Shown one piece after another: positions 1-9,131 of a DNA stretch of 64,000 nt. The DNA is from an uncultured virus (IMG/VR IMGVR_UViG_3300005549_000008) (Duplodnaviria; Heunggongvirae; Uroviricota; Caudoviricetes). The notes under the pieces were generated by a model. The model was not told the origin of the DNA, searched no databases, and saw only the letters and a list, made by a program, of their open reading frames with translations. A program made the position numbers and the translations under genes. Location of the stretch: the IMG/VR virus record IMGVR_UViG_3300005549_000008; one strand, given 5' to 3'. Within the stretch, counting starts at the first letter, position 1. Each line of letters begins with the position of its first letter.

Positions 1-150
1 ACCGGCGCGACAGGGGCCACGGGAGCCACTGGGGCAACCGGCGCGACAGGGGCCACGGGAGCCACTGGGGCAACCGGCGCGACAGGGGCCACGGGAGCCA
101 CTGGGGCAACCGGCGCGACAGGGGCCACGGGAGCCACTGGGGCAACCGGC
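1..150 (+). repeat. Tandem 36-bp repeat, 4 perfect copies plus a partial copy
   Basis: ACCGGCGCGACAGGGGCCACGGGAGCCACTGGGGCA at 1, 37, 73 and 109; encodes (TGA)4 per unit. Confidence 0.95.
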
Positions 151-624
151 GGTAGTGGTTCGCCGGCCATGTACGAGGCGACCGCAGCGACAGCGATCTT
201 TGATACCTCTGGCACAGACAATTTCGTACAAATCACCGGCTCTGCGTTTGCCGAACGATTCGCGCATCCCGAGTTCACCTTTACTGCAGCGAGTTGTGTT
301 GCAACCTACACAGGAGCGACCGCCGGTAAGCGTTTCAAAGTCACGGTCTACTTTTCGATTGAGCCAGCGGCGAATCCAGCCGCAGATTCGGTCTTCAATA
401 TTGCGATTTCAAAAAACAGCGACATCATAGGCTCAGCATTCAACACGGTCTTCACGGGTGGAGCGATGAGCGGGCAAATCACAGACCGAGGAACCGCCCT
501 AATAGTTTCTTGCAGCCGAGTCGTGGAGCTGACCAGCACCGATACCGTGCGTCCCATTGGCGCGTACGACGACACGCAAGACATCACAATTCTGCGTCTC
601 ACGATGACGATCGAAGAGGGCTAA
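1..624 (+). CDS. Collagen-like (Gly-Ala-Thr)n protein with C-terminal beta-rich domain; 5' end lies outside the window
   Basis: Frame 1 is open from base 1 (TGATGATGA...) and runs in frame into ORF 169..624. Gly-X-Y triplets are followed by a ~150-aa globular region, the layout of a fibre or spike protein. Confidence 0.8.
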   Translation, partial: TGATGATGATGATGATGATGATGATGATGATGATGATGATGATGATGATGGSGSPAMYEATAATAIFDTSGTDNFVQITGSAFAERFAHPEFTFTAASCVATYTGATAGKRFKVTVYFSIEPAANPAADSVFNIAISKNSDIIGSAFNTVFTGGAMSGQITDRGTALIVSCSRVVELTSTDTVRPIGAYDDTQDITILRLTMTIEEG

Positions 625-651
625 AAATAGGCTCTTCGTCGGTTGAGACCT

Positions 652-686
652 AAAAGTTGCAGGTGAGTTAGGAGTCCAGGTACCAT
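652..686 (+). promoter_or_regulatory. Class A promoter-like motif (AAAAGTTGC-N19-GTACCAT)
   Basis: Exact motif and spacing; ATG 694 lies 7 nt after TACCAT. Confidence 0.8.
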
Positions 687-693
687 CCTAGCT

Positions 694-1314
694 ATGACCG
701 AGCCCAGCCCGAGCAAGAAGAAGCCGTACCCGATTGGCGCGATCTTTTGGGGCGGCATCGGTCTAGCCGCAGCATTCCGCGCACTCTATCGCCCGAACCG
801 CACTGTCGTGAAGGATGGCTTCCCGACGCGCTGCGCGGGCGCCGGCTGCGATCCGGGCATGGTGATCGACAGCTACTCCGGTCAGAACGCGGTCTTCTCG
901 CCGCTGCGCGGCAACGTTGCAGCGAGCACGGCGAGCTCGATCTGGATTGTGCTCGCCGACGAAGCCACCGTGCTCGAGTTCACGGGCGCACCGAACGAGT
1001 TTCTGGTGCAGCTGCAGGGTGGCGCGGTGAGCGCGGGTCAACAGATCGGTCTGGCCAGTCGCGTGCGGTTCGCGGTCTACACGCTAGGGCGTACTCCCCA
1101 GGGTGGCGCGGTGCTCGGCGCTCCCATCGAGCCAGCGTCCTGGTTGGCGGCACACGGCGCGCACATCTCGGCCAAGTACCACAAGACGACAGCGGAGCAG
1201 TGGTGCGCGGGAGGTCGCAAGCTGGTCGTGCCGCAGGCCGTGGCGAACTGCAAGATCAAGTTGCCGGCACCTTCGGGCTTCGCGCTGCTGCCCGTCAGCG
1301 CGACGATGGAGTGA
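694..1314 (+). CDS. N-terminally membrane-anchored protein with a degenerate M23/LytM-like fold
   Basis: TM segment IGAIFWGGIGLAAAF. Segments AVFSPLRGNV, VSAGQQIG and IEPASWL resemble M23 proteins, but the HxH zinc motif is absent. Confidence 0.45.
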   Translation: MTEPSPSKKKPYPIGAIFWGGIGLAAAFRALYRPNRTVVKDGFPTRCAGAGCDPGMVIDSYSGQNAVFSPLRGNVAASTASSIWIVLADEATVLEFTGAPNEFLVQLQGGAVSAGQQIGLASRVRFAVYTLGRTPQGGAVLGAPIEPASWLAAHGAHISAKYHKTTAEQWCAGGRKLVVPQAVANCKIKLPAPSGFALLPVSATME

Positions 1315-1322
1315 GCGGGACG

Positions 1323-1619
1323 ATGAACAAAGACATCCCGCTGCTGATCGGCGCGGGGATCCTGCTGACCAGTAGCGTGCTGGTAGGCAAGGTAGTGGTT
1401 GAGCAGATCGGCGAGTCGGAGAAGCGCCGCAAGAAGGCGGACTACGACGAAGAGGGCTTCGAGGCAGCTCACGCTTATGCGTACGGTTTGCAGGACGCGC
1501 GCGATCGCCCCGTGCCGCTGCACGACATCGTCCGGTTCTTAGGGACGCTGTTCGGGCTCTATGCCCTCTACAAACAAGCGCCTGCTCTCTTGCAAGAGTG
1601 GCAGAAGTTGAGCGAGTAG
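1323..1619 (+). CDS. Small membrane protein
   Basis: MNKDIPLLIGAGILL..., with two hydrophobic segments; sits in operon position between 1314 and 1621. Confidence 0.6.
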   Translation: MNKDIPLLIGAGILLTSSVLVGKVVVEQIGESEKRRKKADYDEEGFEAAHAYAYGLQDARDRPVPLHDIVRFLGTLFGLYALYKQAPALLQEWQKLSE

Positions 1620-1620
1620 G

Positions 1621-2376
1621 ATGGACCACGCCCAAGCCCGAGAGCACGTACTCACTGCCTTCCAGGCGGTATTCGGACGTCCAGCACCGGTCTCGGCGGC
1701 GCAGTGCGTGCAAGCGGTGGGCTTCATCGAGACTTCCTACGGTGCCGGCTGGAAGGGAGCGGGTGCGGGCTCGCTCAACCTGGGGGCGATCCAGCGCGGT
1801 AAGCCGCCGTGCAATCTCCAGACTTCCTTTCTCTATACCGACACGCACCCCAACGATGACGGCACCTCGTCGACTTACCAGGCGTGTTTTGCAAAGTACG
1901 CCTCAGCGGACAAGGCGTTCGAGGATCTGATTCGTGTCGTGTATATCAACAACGTCGACCTGAGCAGTCGCCGCAATCGCGCTCGTGTGCTCGCTGCGGC
2001 CGAGCGCGGTGATGTATATGGCGTGAGCGAAGAGCTCTACCGCAGTGGTTACTACGAAGGCTTCGGTCCTCGTGTGGCCGACCGCATCCAGAACCATTTC
2101 GTGGCGATGACCAGTGCGCTCGCGAAGATTGCGGCCGCGCTGAACGAGCCCATGCCGAACGGCGAGGCCGCTCCGCCGCCTACGATCCGGTTCGGGTCAG
2201 CGGGAACCATCCTGGGTCCTTACGTGCAGGCATGGCAGCGCATTCTAGGCGTCGTCGCTGACGGGATCTTCGGAAAGATGACGCTCGCCGCGACGCGGAT
2301 CTGGCAACGCGATCATGGTCTGGTGGATGACGGGGTCGTGGGTCCGCTCACATGGGCCCGAGCGAACGAGGTATAG
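1621..2376 (+). CDS. Putative endolysin: lysozyme/glucosaminidase-like domain plus C-terminal peptidoglycan-binding domain
   Basis: IETSYG...NLGAIQ...FAKY...GYY pattern. The C-terminal VADGIFGKMT...WQRDHGLVDDGVVGPLTW is a typical PG_binding_1 motif. Confidence 0.8.
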   Translation: MDHAQAREHVLTAFQAVFGRPAPVSAAQCVQAVGFIETSYGAGWKGAGAGSLNLGAIQRGKPPCNLQTSFLYTDTHPNDDGTSSTYQACFAKYASADKAFEDLIRVVYINNVDLSSRRNRARVLAAAERGDVYGVSEELYRSGYYEGFGPRVADRIQNHFVAMTSALAKIAAALNEPMPNGEAAPPPTIRFGSAGTILGPYVQAWQRILGVVADGIFGKMTLAATRIWQRDHGLVDDGVVGPLTWARANEV

Positions 2377-2967
2377 GTGATCGCGAATGGGCGTCGCTGG
2401 AAACCGGTTCTGGGTCACGCATATGTGACGCTGGGTGTGCTTGCGGGTGCGTACCGTGGTCGCGATCTGGATTACCGATCGACGCTGACGCACCTGGTAG
2501 AAGTCAGCGACGGGTGGCGAAGTCCGCCATGGCGCTGGGTCGGAGACAAGACAGTGTGTCGCCGCGTGCCGCTCGACAGTGTGGTGGATGAAGGTTCTGC
2601 GGGCAGCGGAGAGGGCCTGGCGTTTGCGCCAACCTGCCCCATTTGCTTGGAGCGTTACAATACCGTGCTCGAGACAATCGGGTACGAAGAGCATGTGCGA
2701 CGCCTGAACGAGTACTACGAATCGATTTTTGGGCGCCATCACGAGTCGAACGGTGCCGCCTACTATGTCTGGGTGCTGCGTGGTGACACGCCGCTCGACG
2801 AAGGTCCGTACGGCCCCTATGACCTGGAGCAGGCCAAGTCTTATGCCCGGATCAGCGCGACGGAAGGGCAGCATGATCGTGCGGTGAGCAGAGGGCAGGA
2901 CGCTGGCGCGTCCAGCTTCGAATTCGTCCGCCGCTACCGCGCGCGGACGGGAGAACGGATCCTGTGA
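2377..2967 (+). CDS. Hypothetical two-domain protein with a HHESN linker
   Basis: ORF abuts the previous stop codon. A CxxC-containing N-terminal half and a distinct C-terminal half are joined at RHHESNG. Confidence 0.6.
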   Translation: MIANGRRWKPVLGHAYVTLGVLAGAYRGRDLDYRSTLTHLVEVSDGWRSPPWRWVGDKTVCRRVPLDSVVDEGSAGSGEGLAFAPTCPICLERYNTVLETIGYEEHVRRLNEYYESIFGRHHESNGAAYYVWVLRGDTPLDEGPYGPYDLEQAKSYARISATEGQHDRAVSRGQDAGASSFEFVRRYRARTGERIL

Positions 2968-3476
2968 CAGCTGTATTCGATGTACAAACTCCGCTGCACT
3001 TCGGAGTGGGATTGTCGGCTGGCGCGCTGGGTGTTGACCCGCATGTCGCGACGTTAGCCTTCATCACAGCCCGCGTGATCGGCGTGGCGCTGAATGCGGG
3101 ACTCAACAAGGCGTTATTCGTGTCCGAGCATGGCCAAACAGCCGCCAAGGAAATCGCCGATCTGGCCGTGGAGGTCGCCGGGATCTACGTGGGGAAGCTG
3201 ATTCGAGATCGTTACCGGCAGCAGCCGGCCGCCAGTCCCCCTCCCGCGCTCACCGGTCTCGGACAGCTGGCGCCGGGTAGTTGTGCCGACGGTTCAGGAA
3301 ACTGGCTGCCGATGCCAGCAGTAGGATCGCCGTCCTGGGTTCCGGTGTGCCCGTCCAGTCCCTGGTATGCTGTGGCCGTCCGAGCGCACGAGCTAGCACG
3401 CGCCCGGCGGGTGCACTGGACGGACCACGAGATCTGGGATCAGGTGGTCTGGGATCAAGCGAACGGTCAACGATGA
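2964..3476 (+). CDS. Putative membrane protein
   Basis: GTGA start/stop overlap; hydrophobic N-terminal half, Pro-rich linker and LTGLGQ motif. Confidence 0.6.
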   Translation: MTAVFDVQTPLHFGVGLSAGALGVDPHVATLAFITARVIGVALNAGLNKALFVSEHGQTAAKEIADLAVEVAGIYVGKLIRDRYRQQPAASPPPALTGLGQLAPGSCADGSGNWLPMPAVGSPSWVPVCPSSPWYAVAVRAHELARARRVHWTDHEIWDQVVWDQANGQR

Positions 3477-3525
3477 AACATCACGTGGTTGACGCCAATC
3501 TCGGTACCGCATAGCCCTGGGCAGC

Positions 3526-4227
3526 ATGCAGGATATCGCGTCGTTCGTTCTGTCTGCGCCGGGTCGCTCCGAGGTCACGAGTCGTTGCCTGGCGTCGCTA
3601 GCTGATAGTGATCTGGGGCCCGTCACGGTGTGCACGAACCCGCCCGGGATGCCGCCACTCGACCACTGGAACCAGACCTTCGACGCCATGAAGCGCGCCG
3701 CGGCGCCGATGGTGATCTTGTTCGAGGACGACTGCCTGGTAAACCCGCACATCCTGGCCAACCTGCGCACGTGGCCCTGGATGCACGAGCCGGAGTTCGG
3801 TGCCGGCTGGCTCTACAACCCCGGCGGCTACAAGGGTGGTCATGATGTCTGGTACGACGGCACCCCGCCCGACTGGTACGGCACGGTCGCGGTACTCTAC
3901 TGGCGAGAGGATCTGGAGATCATTCAGACGGTGGCCAATCGCTGGATGGCCACGATGGGCAACATCGCATGGGACTGCGCGGTCGCCTGGGCGATCCATG
4001 CGCTCGGGATGCAAATCCGCGTCCATGGTCCGCCGCTGGTCGAGCACATGCACGAGGCGCCGAGCCTGCTCGGTCATACGCACAGCGAGTCGTTCAGCTC
4101 GACCCGGGGATCATTCGTAGCGGACTGGCAGCGCGACCCGCTGGCGCCGGGCCCAGTCAAACCGATCGTGCGTCGCGCGCCGCGACCACACTGGGTGCAG
4201 CAGCGCATGGCCCAGATGGGCGTCTAG
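3526..4227 (+). CDS. Putative GT-A-fold glycosyltransferase
   Basis: ILFEDD (DxD-like) motif and the late PPLVEH motif typical of GT2/GT25-like enzymes. Confidence 0.55.
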   Translation: MQDIASFVLSAPGRSEVTSRCLASLADSDLGPVTVCTNPPGMPPLDHWNQTFDAMKRAAAPMVILFEDDCLVNPHILANLRTWPWMHEPEFGAGWLYNPGGYKGGHDVWYDGTPPDWYGTVAVLYWREDLEIIQTVANRWMATMGNIAWDCAVAWAIHALGMQIRVHGPPLVEHMHEAPSLLGHTHSESFSSTRGSFVADWQRDPLAPGPVKPIVRRAPRPHWVQQRMAQMGV

Positions 4228-4646
4228 TCCTCTTCGTCCTCTTCTTCATCCTCAGCGAACGTATCATCGTCATCGATGTCGCTCTCCATGTGCTCGAGGA
4301 TGTCGGCGCGGAAGGCGAAGTACATCAGCTTCGAATATTCGATTCCATCTTTGGTGCATACGCCTTCCGAATCACCGAACTCTTCGAAGTAGGCATCTTC
4401 ATTCCTCGAACACAGAAGACCAACTCGCGCCTGGAACGTGTAGATGACACGCGCGGCACTATCGACATCCTGTTCGAGAGCCTCAATGAACTCTTCACGG
4501 TCCGACCATTCACCTTTGGCGATACGCTTGTCGTAGTCCTCGGCCCATTCCCGTACTTCGTTGTAATAGGACTGGCGGATGATATCCATTGCCCGATCGA
4601 CGGACACTTCATCATCGTCACGGTTACGAGCTAGTTTTCTGGTCAT
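4224..4646 (-). CDS. Highly acidic Ocr-like (T7 gp0.3-like) putative DNA-mimic anti-restriction protein
   Basis: About 30% Asp/Glu with an EDEEEDEED tail. YYNEV...SDREEFIEALEQDVDS..VIY aligns by eye with Ocr YNNV...RDTDDLHDAIHMAADN..PHY. Confidence 0.55.
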   Translation of the reverse strand: MTRKLARNRDDDEVSVDRAMDIIRQSYYNEVREWAEDYDKRIAKGEWSDREEFIEALEQDVDSAARVIYTFQARVGLLCSRNEDAYFEEFGDSEGVCTKDGIEYSKLMYFAFRADILEHMESDIDDDDTFAEDEEEDEED

Positions 4647-4664
4647 GATGGTCTCCGGAAAATA

Positions 4665-5855
4665 CTACAGGATGTGGTCGAAGTTGCCGAGCTTGGCCTC
4701 GGTCTCGAAGTCTTTGGCGAAATAGGCCGCGGCGAGCTCGCGCGTCGGCTTAGCGAACACCGTGGACCAGTCCTTCACACTGGAGCAGAACTCCTTGCAG
4801 TAAGCCTTGGCACCCGTTTCCATGAGGTACATCCAGGCCTGATCCGCGCGCTGGGAATCGTAGACACCCTTCTTCATCTTGCGCAGGAGGTTCTTGCGGA
4901 TGGCTTGGGCTTGGCTGTTCGAGTCGAAGAGCTTGGCGTCGTTCTCGATGTAGAGCACGAGCTCCTGCGCTGCGTGCTCGTCCGCGCCTTCACGCATCGA
5001 CATGCCGCTGAACGAGTCGTAGTGCCGGGCTTGTGGGTTCGAACGGTGGCGTTCAGGAGTCAGCAAGTTGCCGCCCGCATCCGTTTCCTTCACGACGAAG
5101 AAGCCCCGGACATGCTGGCGACCCCAATTGTGAGCAGCTTCCCAGGTTGGGAATTCTCCGGCCACGAACCGATCATCCTGTCGGATGCGAAAATGGCGCC
5201 CAGCGCTGGATTCGTGGTGGCGCTGTTGAGCCTCGGTCAACTGAGCGGCGAGCCACCAGCGCGCCTCTTGAAGCAGGATGTCGTAAGATCCTGCGGTCAG
5301 ATTCTCCTCCCAGGAACGAAAGCGCACCGTTGCCATCCATGAACCGTGAGCAGGACCCGATACCCAGACGGTGGCAATTTCCCTACCGTCCATGCGAGCC
5401 ACGTGCGATCCGGCGCGACCACCCATGGCATCCACGTTGATGATTGTGATCGAGCTCGAAATGGTTTCCTGGTCGGAAAGGCGAGTGTTGTGTTTGTAGT
5501 CAGGATTATCGTCGTCCGACACAGACAGGTCTTCGGCCGTCATCTCCCAGGCGCGTTCGAGGTCGCCCGGCTTGTCGTAGTACTTGAAGGTGTTGAAGCC
5601 CTGTGAGTCAGTGAACATGATCACGCCCGCCCGCCCGAGCGTGACGAGGTACCGTAGCTCATCCCGGCTGACCTGACCGAAGGTCTCAGGATCGCCCTCG
5701 ATTGCCTTGGCGAGCTCGACACCGTCTCGAACGAGACCTGCCCATGTGCCGGGCGGCTCCGTGATGGAACCGACCTCGTCATCCCCAAAACCGTGGTTGA
5801 AGACCTCCAGCACGGCATTGTCCAGCGCGGTATCGCTCATACTGTTTCGACGCAT
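4665..5855 (-). CDS. Multi-domain hypothetical (putative polyprotein)
   Basis: The likely start MRRN at 5855 lies downstream of two promoter motifs. Internal DYKHN and RHRSN linkers separate distinct segments; the last segment (ELVLYIEND...KGVYD) resembles small phage proteins. Confidence 0.7.
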   Translation of the reverse strand: MRRNSMSDTALDNAVLEVFNHGFGDDEVGSITEPPGTWAGLVRDGVELAKAIEGDPETFGQVSRDELRYLVTLGRAGVIMFTDSQGFNTFKYYDKPGDLERAWEMTAEDLSVSDDDNPDYKHNTRLSDQETISSSITIINVDAMGGRAGSHVARMDGREIATVWVSGPAHGSWMATVRFRSWEENLTAGSYDILLQEARWWLAAQLTEAQQRHHESSAGRHFRIRQDDRFVAGEFPTWEAAHNWGRQHVRGFFVVKETDAGGNLLTPERHRSNPQARHYDSFSGMSMREGADEHAAQELVLYIENDAKLFDSNSQAQAIRKNLLRKMKKGVYDSQRADQAWMYLMETGAKAYCKEFCSSVKDWSTVFAKPTRELAAAYFAKDFETEAKLGNFDHIL

Positions 5856-5857
5856 GG

Positions 5858-5883
5858 TACGGCTCCTACTAGGGGTTTCTTCC
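5858..5883 (-). promoter_or_regulatory. Class B (ECF-like) promoter motif GGAAG-N17-CGTA
   Basis: The reverse strand reads GGAAG AAACCCCTAGTAGGAGC CGTACC ATG. Confidence 0.7.
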
Positions 5884-5902
5884 CTAGCTGTCGGTAGGTC
5901 CC

Positions 5903-5938
5903 AAAAGTACCAGACCACCGTAGCCCCATGCTACTTTT
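5903..5938. promoter_or_regulatory. Symmetric, bidirectional class A-like promoter
   Basis: Plus strand AAAAGTACC-N19-CTACTTT and minus strand AAAAGTAGC-N19-GTACTTT overlap between divergent genes. Confidence 0.65.
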
Positions 5939-5956
5939 GAGGCCGATCGGACCACG

Positions 5957-6526
5957 GTGGTGATTTTCGACCCAGAACGCTTGCTCGCGCCCTTGCAGTG
6001 GGAGACCCGGGATCGGCTCGAAGAGCTCGGTAAGAAATTCACGCGCGCCACGGGGCTGGTGCTGAAGCTGCGCTCGGGCCTGCGCTCGTGTGCCGAGCAG
6101 GATGCGCTCTATGCCCAGGGACGCAGCACCGGCGGCAACGTCGTGACTTACGCACCCGGCTGCGTCTCCTGGCACGTGCACGGCCGGGCAGCAGACATGG
6201 ATCCGGTCGACCCTCAGACAGGCACAATCGTCGCGCGCGAAGCGGACTATCAAGCGGCAGGCTTGATTTGGGAACGCATGGGAGGCGTATGGGGTGGGCG
6301 TTTCGAAGGCTTCGGTGGCGGTGACATCGGACACTTTGAATGGCACCCCGGTCTCACCCTGAACGACGTGTGCCCGAATCCAGCGCGTTGCACCGAGGTC
6401 AAGATCGACACGACCGCACCGGTGCTACCATGGATGGTGGCCGGCGGCGCGGTGCTCGGGCTCAGTGCGTGGCTGTTCTGGGACGATGCGCGTGAGCTCC
6501 TCGGGAGGGCCCGGTCATGGATCTAG
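5957..6526 (+). CDS. M15-family (L-Ala-D-Glu-type) peptidoglycan peptidase with C-terminal TM anchor
   Basis: Motifs SGLRSCAEQDALYAQGR, SWHVHGRAAD, WGG and DIGHFE; hydrophobic tail WMVAGGAVLGLSAWLFW. Confidence 0.88.
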   Translation: MVIFDPERLLAPLQWETRDRLEELGKKFTRATGLVLKLRSGLRSCAEQDALYAQGRSTGGNVVTYAPGCVSWHVHGRAADMDPVDPQTGTIVAREADYQAAGLIWERMGGVWGGRFEGFGGGDIGHFEWHPGLTLNDVCPNPARCTEVKIDTTAPVLPWMVAGGAVLGLSAWLFWDDARELLGRARSWI

Positions 6527-7287
6527 TTTTCTTTGCAGGACCGGTGATCGTCGGCAGCGCCTTCCAACAGATCGACTGGTTCGGGCGACAAGTGCAGATC
6601 GTGCCCATTCCGGGTGCGGGTAGCGCCTACTTCAGTGATTTGGCCGAGCAGCTACGCGACCCGAACGGCCGCATTCTACCGCGCCTGATGGCTACCTACG
6701 CGCCGCACGCGCGCGGGGTCGACCATGTGGCGCTGGCTGCCTACAGTGCCGGCCACGGACTCCTGAACAAGATCACCGACGTGGAAGCCGACCGCAAAGC
6801 GGTGAGCGCCGTGCTGCTCCACGACGCGACGTTCAGTGGAGCCGGGGATCCGCCGAAGCGCGGCTACGTGAAGTTCGGGGTGGACGCGGCACGTGGCTCC
6901 AAGCTGATGGTGTCCACGACCACGCACATCACACCGGGCGGCTATCTGTCCGGACGGGACAGTTGGGTGCCGATTTGGAATGCAGTGCAGCAGGAGACGG
7001 GGCGAGCGGCGAAATTGGTGAGCCCGGAACCTCCCACACCGCCTGCCAGCGGCGGCTGGTGGTCGATCGGCGCCAGGCTCTACTGGGGCGACTACGTCCA
7101 GCCCGGGTCTGCCGTCAACACTGGAAACGATCTGACCCATGTCCAGCATCACGATCTCGCGCCGGCCATCTGGCAGGCGTACCTGGCGCCGTGGTTCCGG
7201 GGGCCCTCGCTGAGCCTGTACATCGCGGGCGGAGCGCTGGCGGCCCTAGCGGTCAGTCTGGTGATCCCGCGCTCCGTATTCGGATAG
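6517..7287 (+). CDS. Alpha/beta-hydrolase-like protein with C-terminal TM anchor
   Basis: Nucleophile-elbow-like LAAYSAG, then VLLHD and a late His; tail LYIAGGALAALAVSLVI. Confidence 0.55.
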   Translation: MDLVFFAGPVIVGSAFQQIDWFGRQVQIVPIPGAGSAYFSDLAEQLRDPNGRILPRLMATYAPHARGVDHVALAAYSAGHGLLNKITDVEADRKAVSAVLLHDATFSGAGDPPKRGYVKFGVDAARGSKLMVSTTTHITPGGYLSGRDSWVPIWNAVQQETGRAAKLVSPEPPTPPASGGWWSIGARLYWGDYVQPGSAVNTGNDLTHVQHHDLAPAIWQAYLAPWFRGPSLSLYIAGGALAALAVSLVIPRSVFG

Positions 7288-8407
7288 AGCCGCGCGGCGC
7301 TCGGCGAGCCCGAGGGCGCCGAGAATGGCGGTGTCGGCGTCGGTGCTGCGCATGAAGCCGGCAGCCACGCCCTGCTTCTGCATCACGATAGCGAGGTACT
7401 CGCCGCGGCGGAGCTTCAGATTCAAGCGAGCGTTGAGTTGAACGAGTCGAGTCAGCACGTCGGCATCCTGGAAGGTCAGCATGCAGCGAACGTACGTGAC
7501 AGAATCCATAGGGGCCAAGTTTCAGTAGTCGCTTGCAATGATGCGGCCAACGTAGAAACCGAAGAAATTCACGCTATCGATTTCTTCGCTCAGAACCTTC
7601 AGAGCCGGGATCAAATAGGACATATGCTGGCGTTTTGCGTCGAGAGGATCTCCGGTGTGACGACCATCTGTAGTGAAAAACGCGAACGTTCCATTTCCTG
7701 AATAGAACTCCAGCTTGTGGCGCCGACACAACGGAATCAAAACTTCTCGCCGGTACTCGTCGGCGATGCGACTGATTGCCTCATCGAAATCCACTCTGGC
7801 TTGGATGATGCCGTTGGTGAATGTGCGGCTTTTAAAGGCGCTCATTGCTGGGTTCTACGCTGGATGTTGTCACACTCTTCCCCGTCTACTTATTAAGAGA
7901 GAAAAGCCTTTAGTCTCGAGCTCGAGGACCCATTTGCCGCCGCAGAAACGCTCCGTGCGGTACTCGATCCCGCGAATCTCCGTATGACGCGACAGGCCAA
8001 GCGAGTTTTCATGAGTTCCATCCCCTGGCATGAATTCGGATCGACACATGGAACACGTTCGGCGCTGCTCCCGGTTCGAATAGAATAATGGGCAACTTTT
8101 AGGCAGTTGACACTCAAAGCACCTGCCGGAACCGGCCAGATGACTGTTGGGGCCATGTTTGCAGCGCACGCACGTCTCTTCGGGTTCGATATCGGACTTG
8201 TTGGTAATCAAGCTAGATTCTACGTTCTCGATCCCCACTTTCCTTCCCTTCTTGCAACGCCTTACGCTGCTCGCGTTCAGTAAGTCGTCCTAGCTGTTCT
8301 TGGCGCGTCTGGTCGCAGAGCTTACCCTTCGCTCCGTTGGCCTTGTGGCCCTTGCACAGCAAGCAGCCTGCGCGTCGGTTCTTCGGTCGACCTCGTTTGT
8401 GATGCAT
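7246..8407 (-). other. Four short hypothetical genes (7246-7518, 7522-7845, 7870-8238, 8213-8407)
   Basis: Consecutive co-oriented ORFs. The 7845 start has a class B motif at 7856-7881; two of the ORFs are Cys-rich. Confidence 0.55.
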
Positions 8408-8444
8408 GGATCCTCCATCGCCGCCGCCAGCGGCATGTACAGGA

Positions 8445-9080
8445 TCATCGCAGCAGGATCGCGCTCGCCGCGCCGGCTATGGCCATGCCACCTACCACCC
8501 AAGGCCAGACCGATTCGTTGGTGCGGAGGTAAGTGATCGCGGCGTTATTGAACTCGATGAGCTGGCGCGAGTAGTCGTGGTCCTCGAACAGGTGCAGGGC
8601 ATTGCGCTCCGGCGCGCAGCGCACCGAACCCGCATTGTAGCCCGCGCCGAGCAGAGGGAGCTCGCACGGTATGCGTCCGCAGAGCCTCTTCACGAACTCC
8701 GCGCCGAGCGCGATGTTGCGACTCGGATCAAAGAGCTGATCGGTCGGCACGTTGGGGTACGGCCCGCGCGCGCCGGGCAGGATCTGCATCACGCCGATGG
8801 CGTTGGCGGGTGACACCGCCGCGGCTTGCGCAGCGGGATTCTGGGCAAGGTGTCCGGTCTCGACTGTGGCAAAGCTCAGGAGCCAAGCCGCCGGCAAGCC
8901 TGTGCTGCGCGCCGCCGCACGCAGCGGAGCTCCCCAATTCTTCCAGGTACGCTCGAGATTGCCGAAGCGTGGGTCGCCGGGATGCACAGCAATGCGCCCA
9001 AGCTCCTCGAGCTCGATGGTTCCGTCAGGGTAAGTGCGCCAGCGCAAACCGGCACAGGGATTTGCTGCCCAGGTGAGCAT
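8445..9080 (-). CDS. Lytic transglycosylase (SLT/GH23) with C-terminal TM anchor
   Basis: Motifs VETG, AVSPANAIGVMQI, LFDPSRNIALGA and GYNAG; tail WPWVVGGMAIAGAASAILLR. The start is probably ATG 9080. Confidence 0.9.
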   Translation of the reverse strand: MLTWAANPCAGLRWRTYPDGTIELEELGRIAVHPGDPRFGNLERTWKNWGAPLRAAARSTGLPAAWLLSFATVETGHLAQNPAAQAAAVSPANAIGVMQILPGARGPYPNVPTDQLFDPSRNIALGAEFVKRLCGRIPCELPLLGAGYNAGSVRCAPERNALHLFEDHDYSRQLIEFNNAAITYLRTNESVWPWVVGGMAIAGAASAILLR

Positions 9081-9131
9081 TGCGATAGAGTCTACGGGAA
9101 ATGATCGGTACGGGTCCAGCAACCAAGCAGG

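Noticed and set aside
1..150. 36-bp repeats as a CRISPR array
   Set aside because: The repeats are contiguous with no spacers and encode in-frame Gly-X-Y triplets.
8092..8100. AAAAGTTGC on the minus strand as a class A promoter
   Set aside because: It lies inside an ORF, with no -10-like element at the 19-nt spacing and no nearby start codon.
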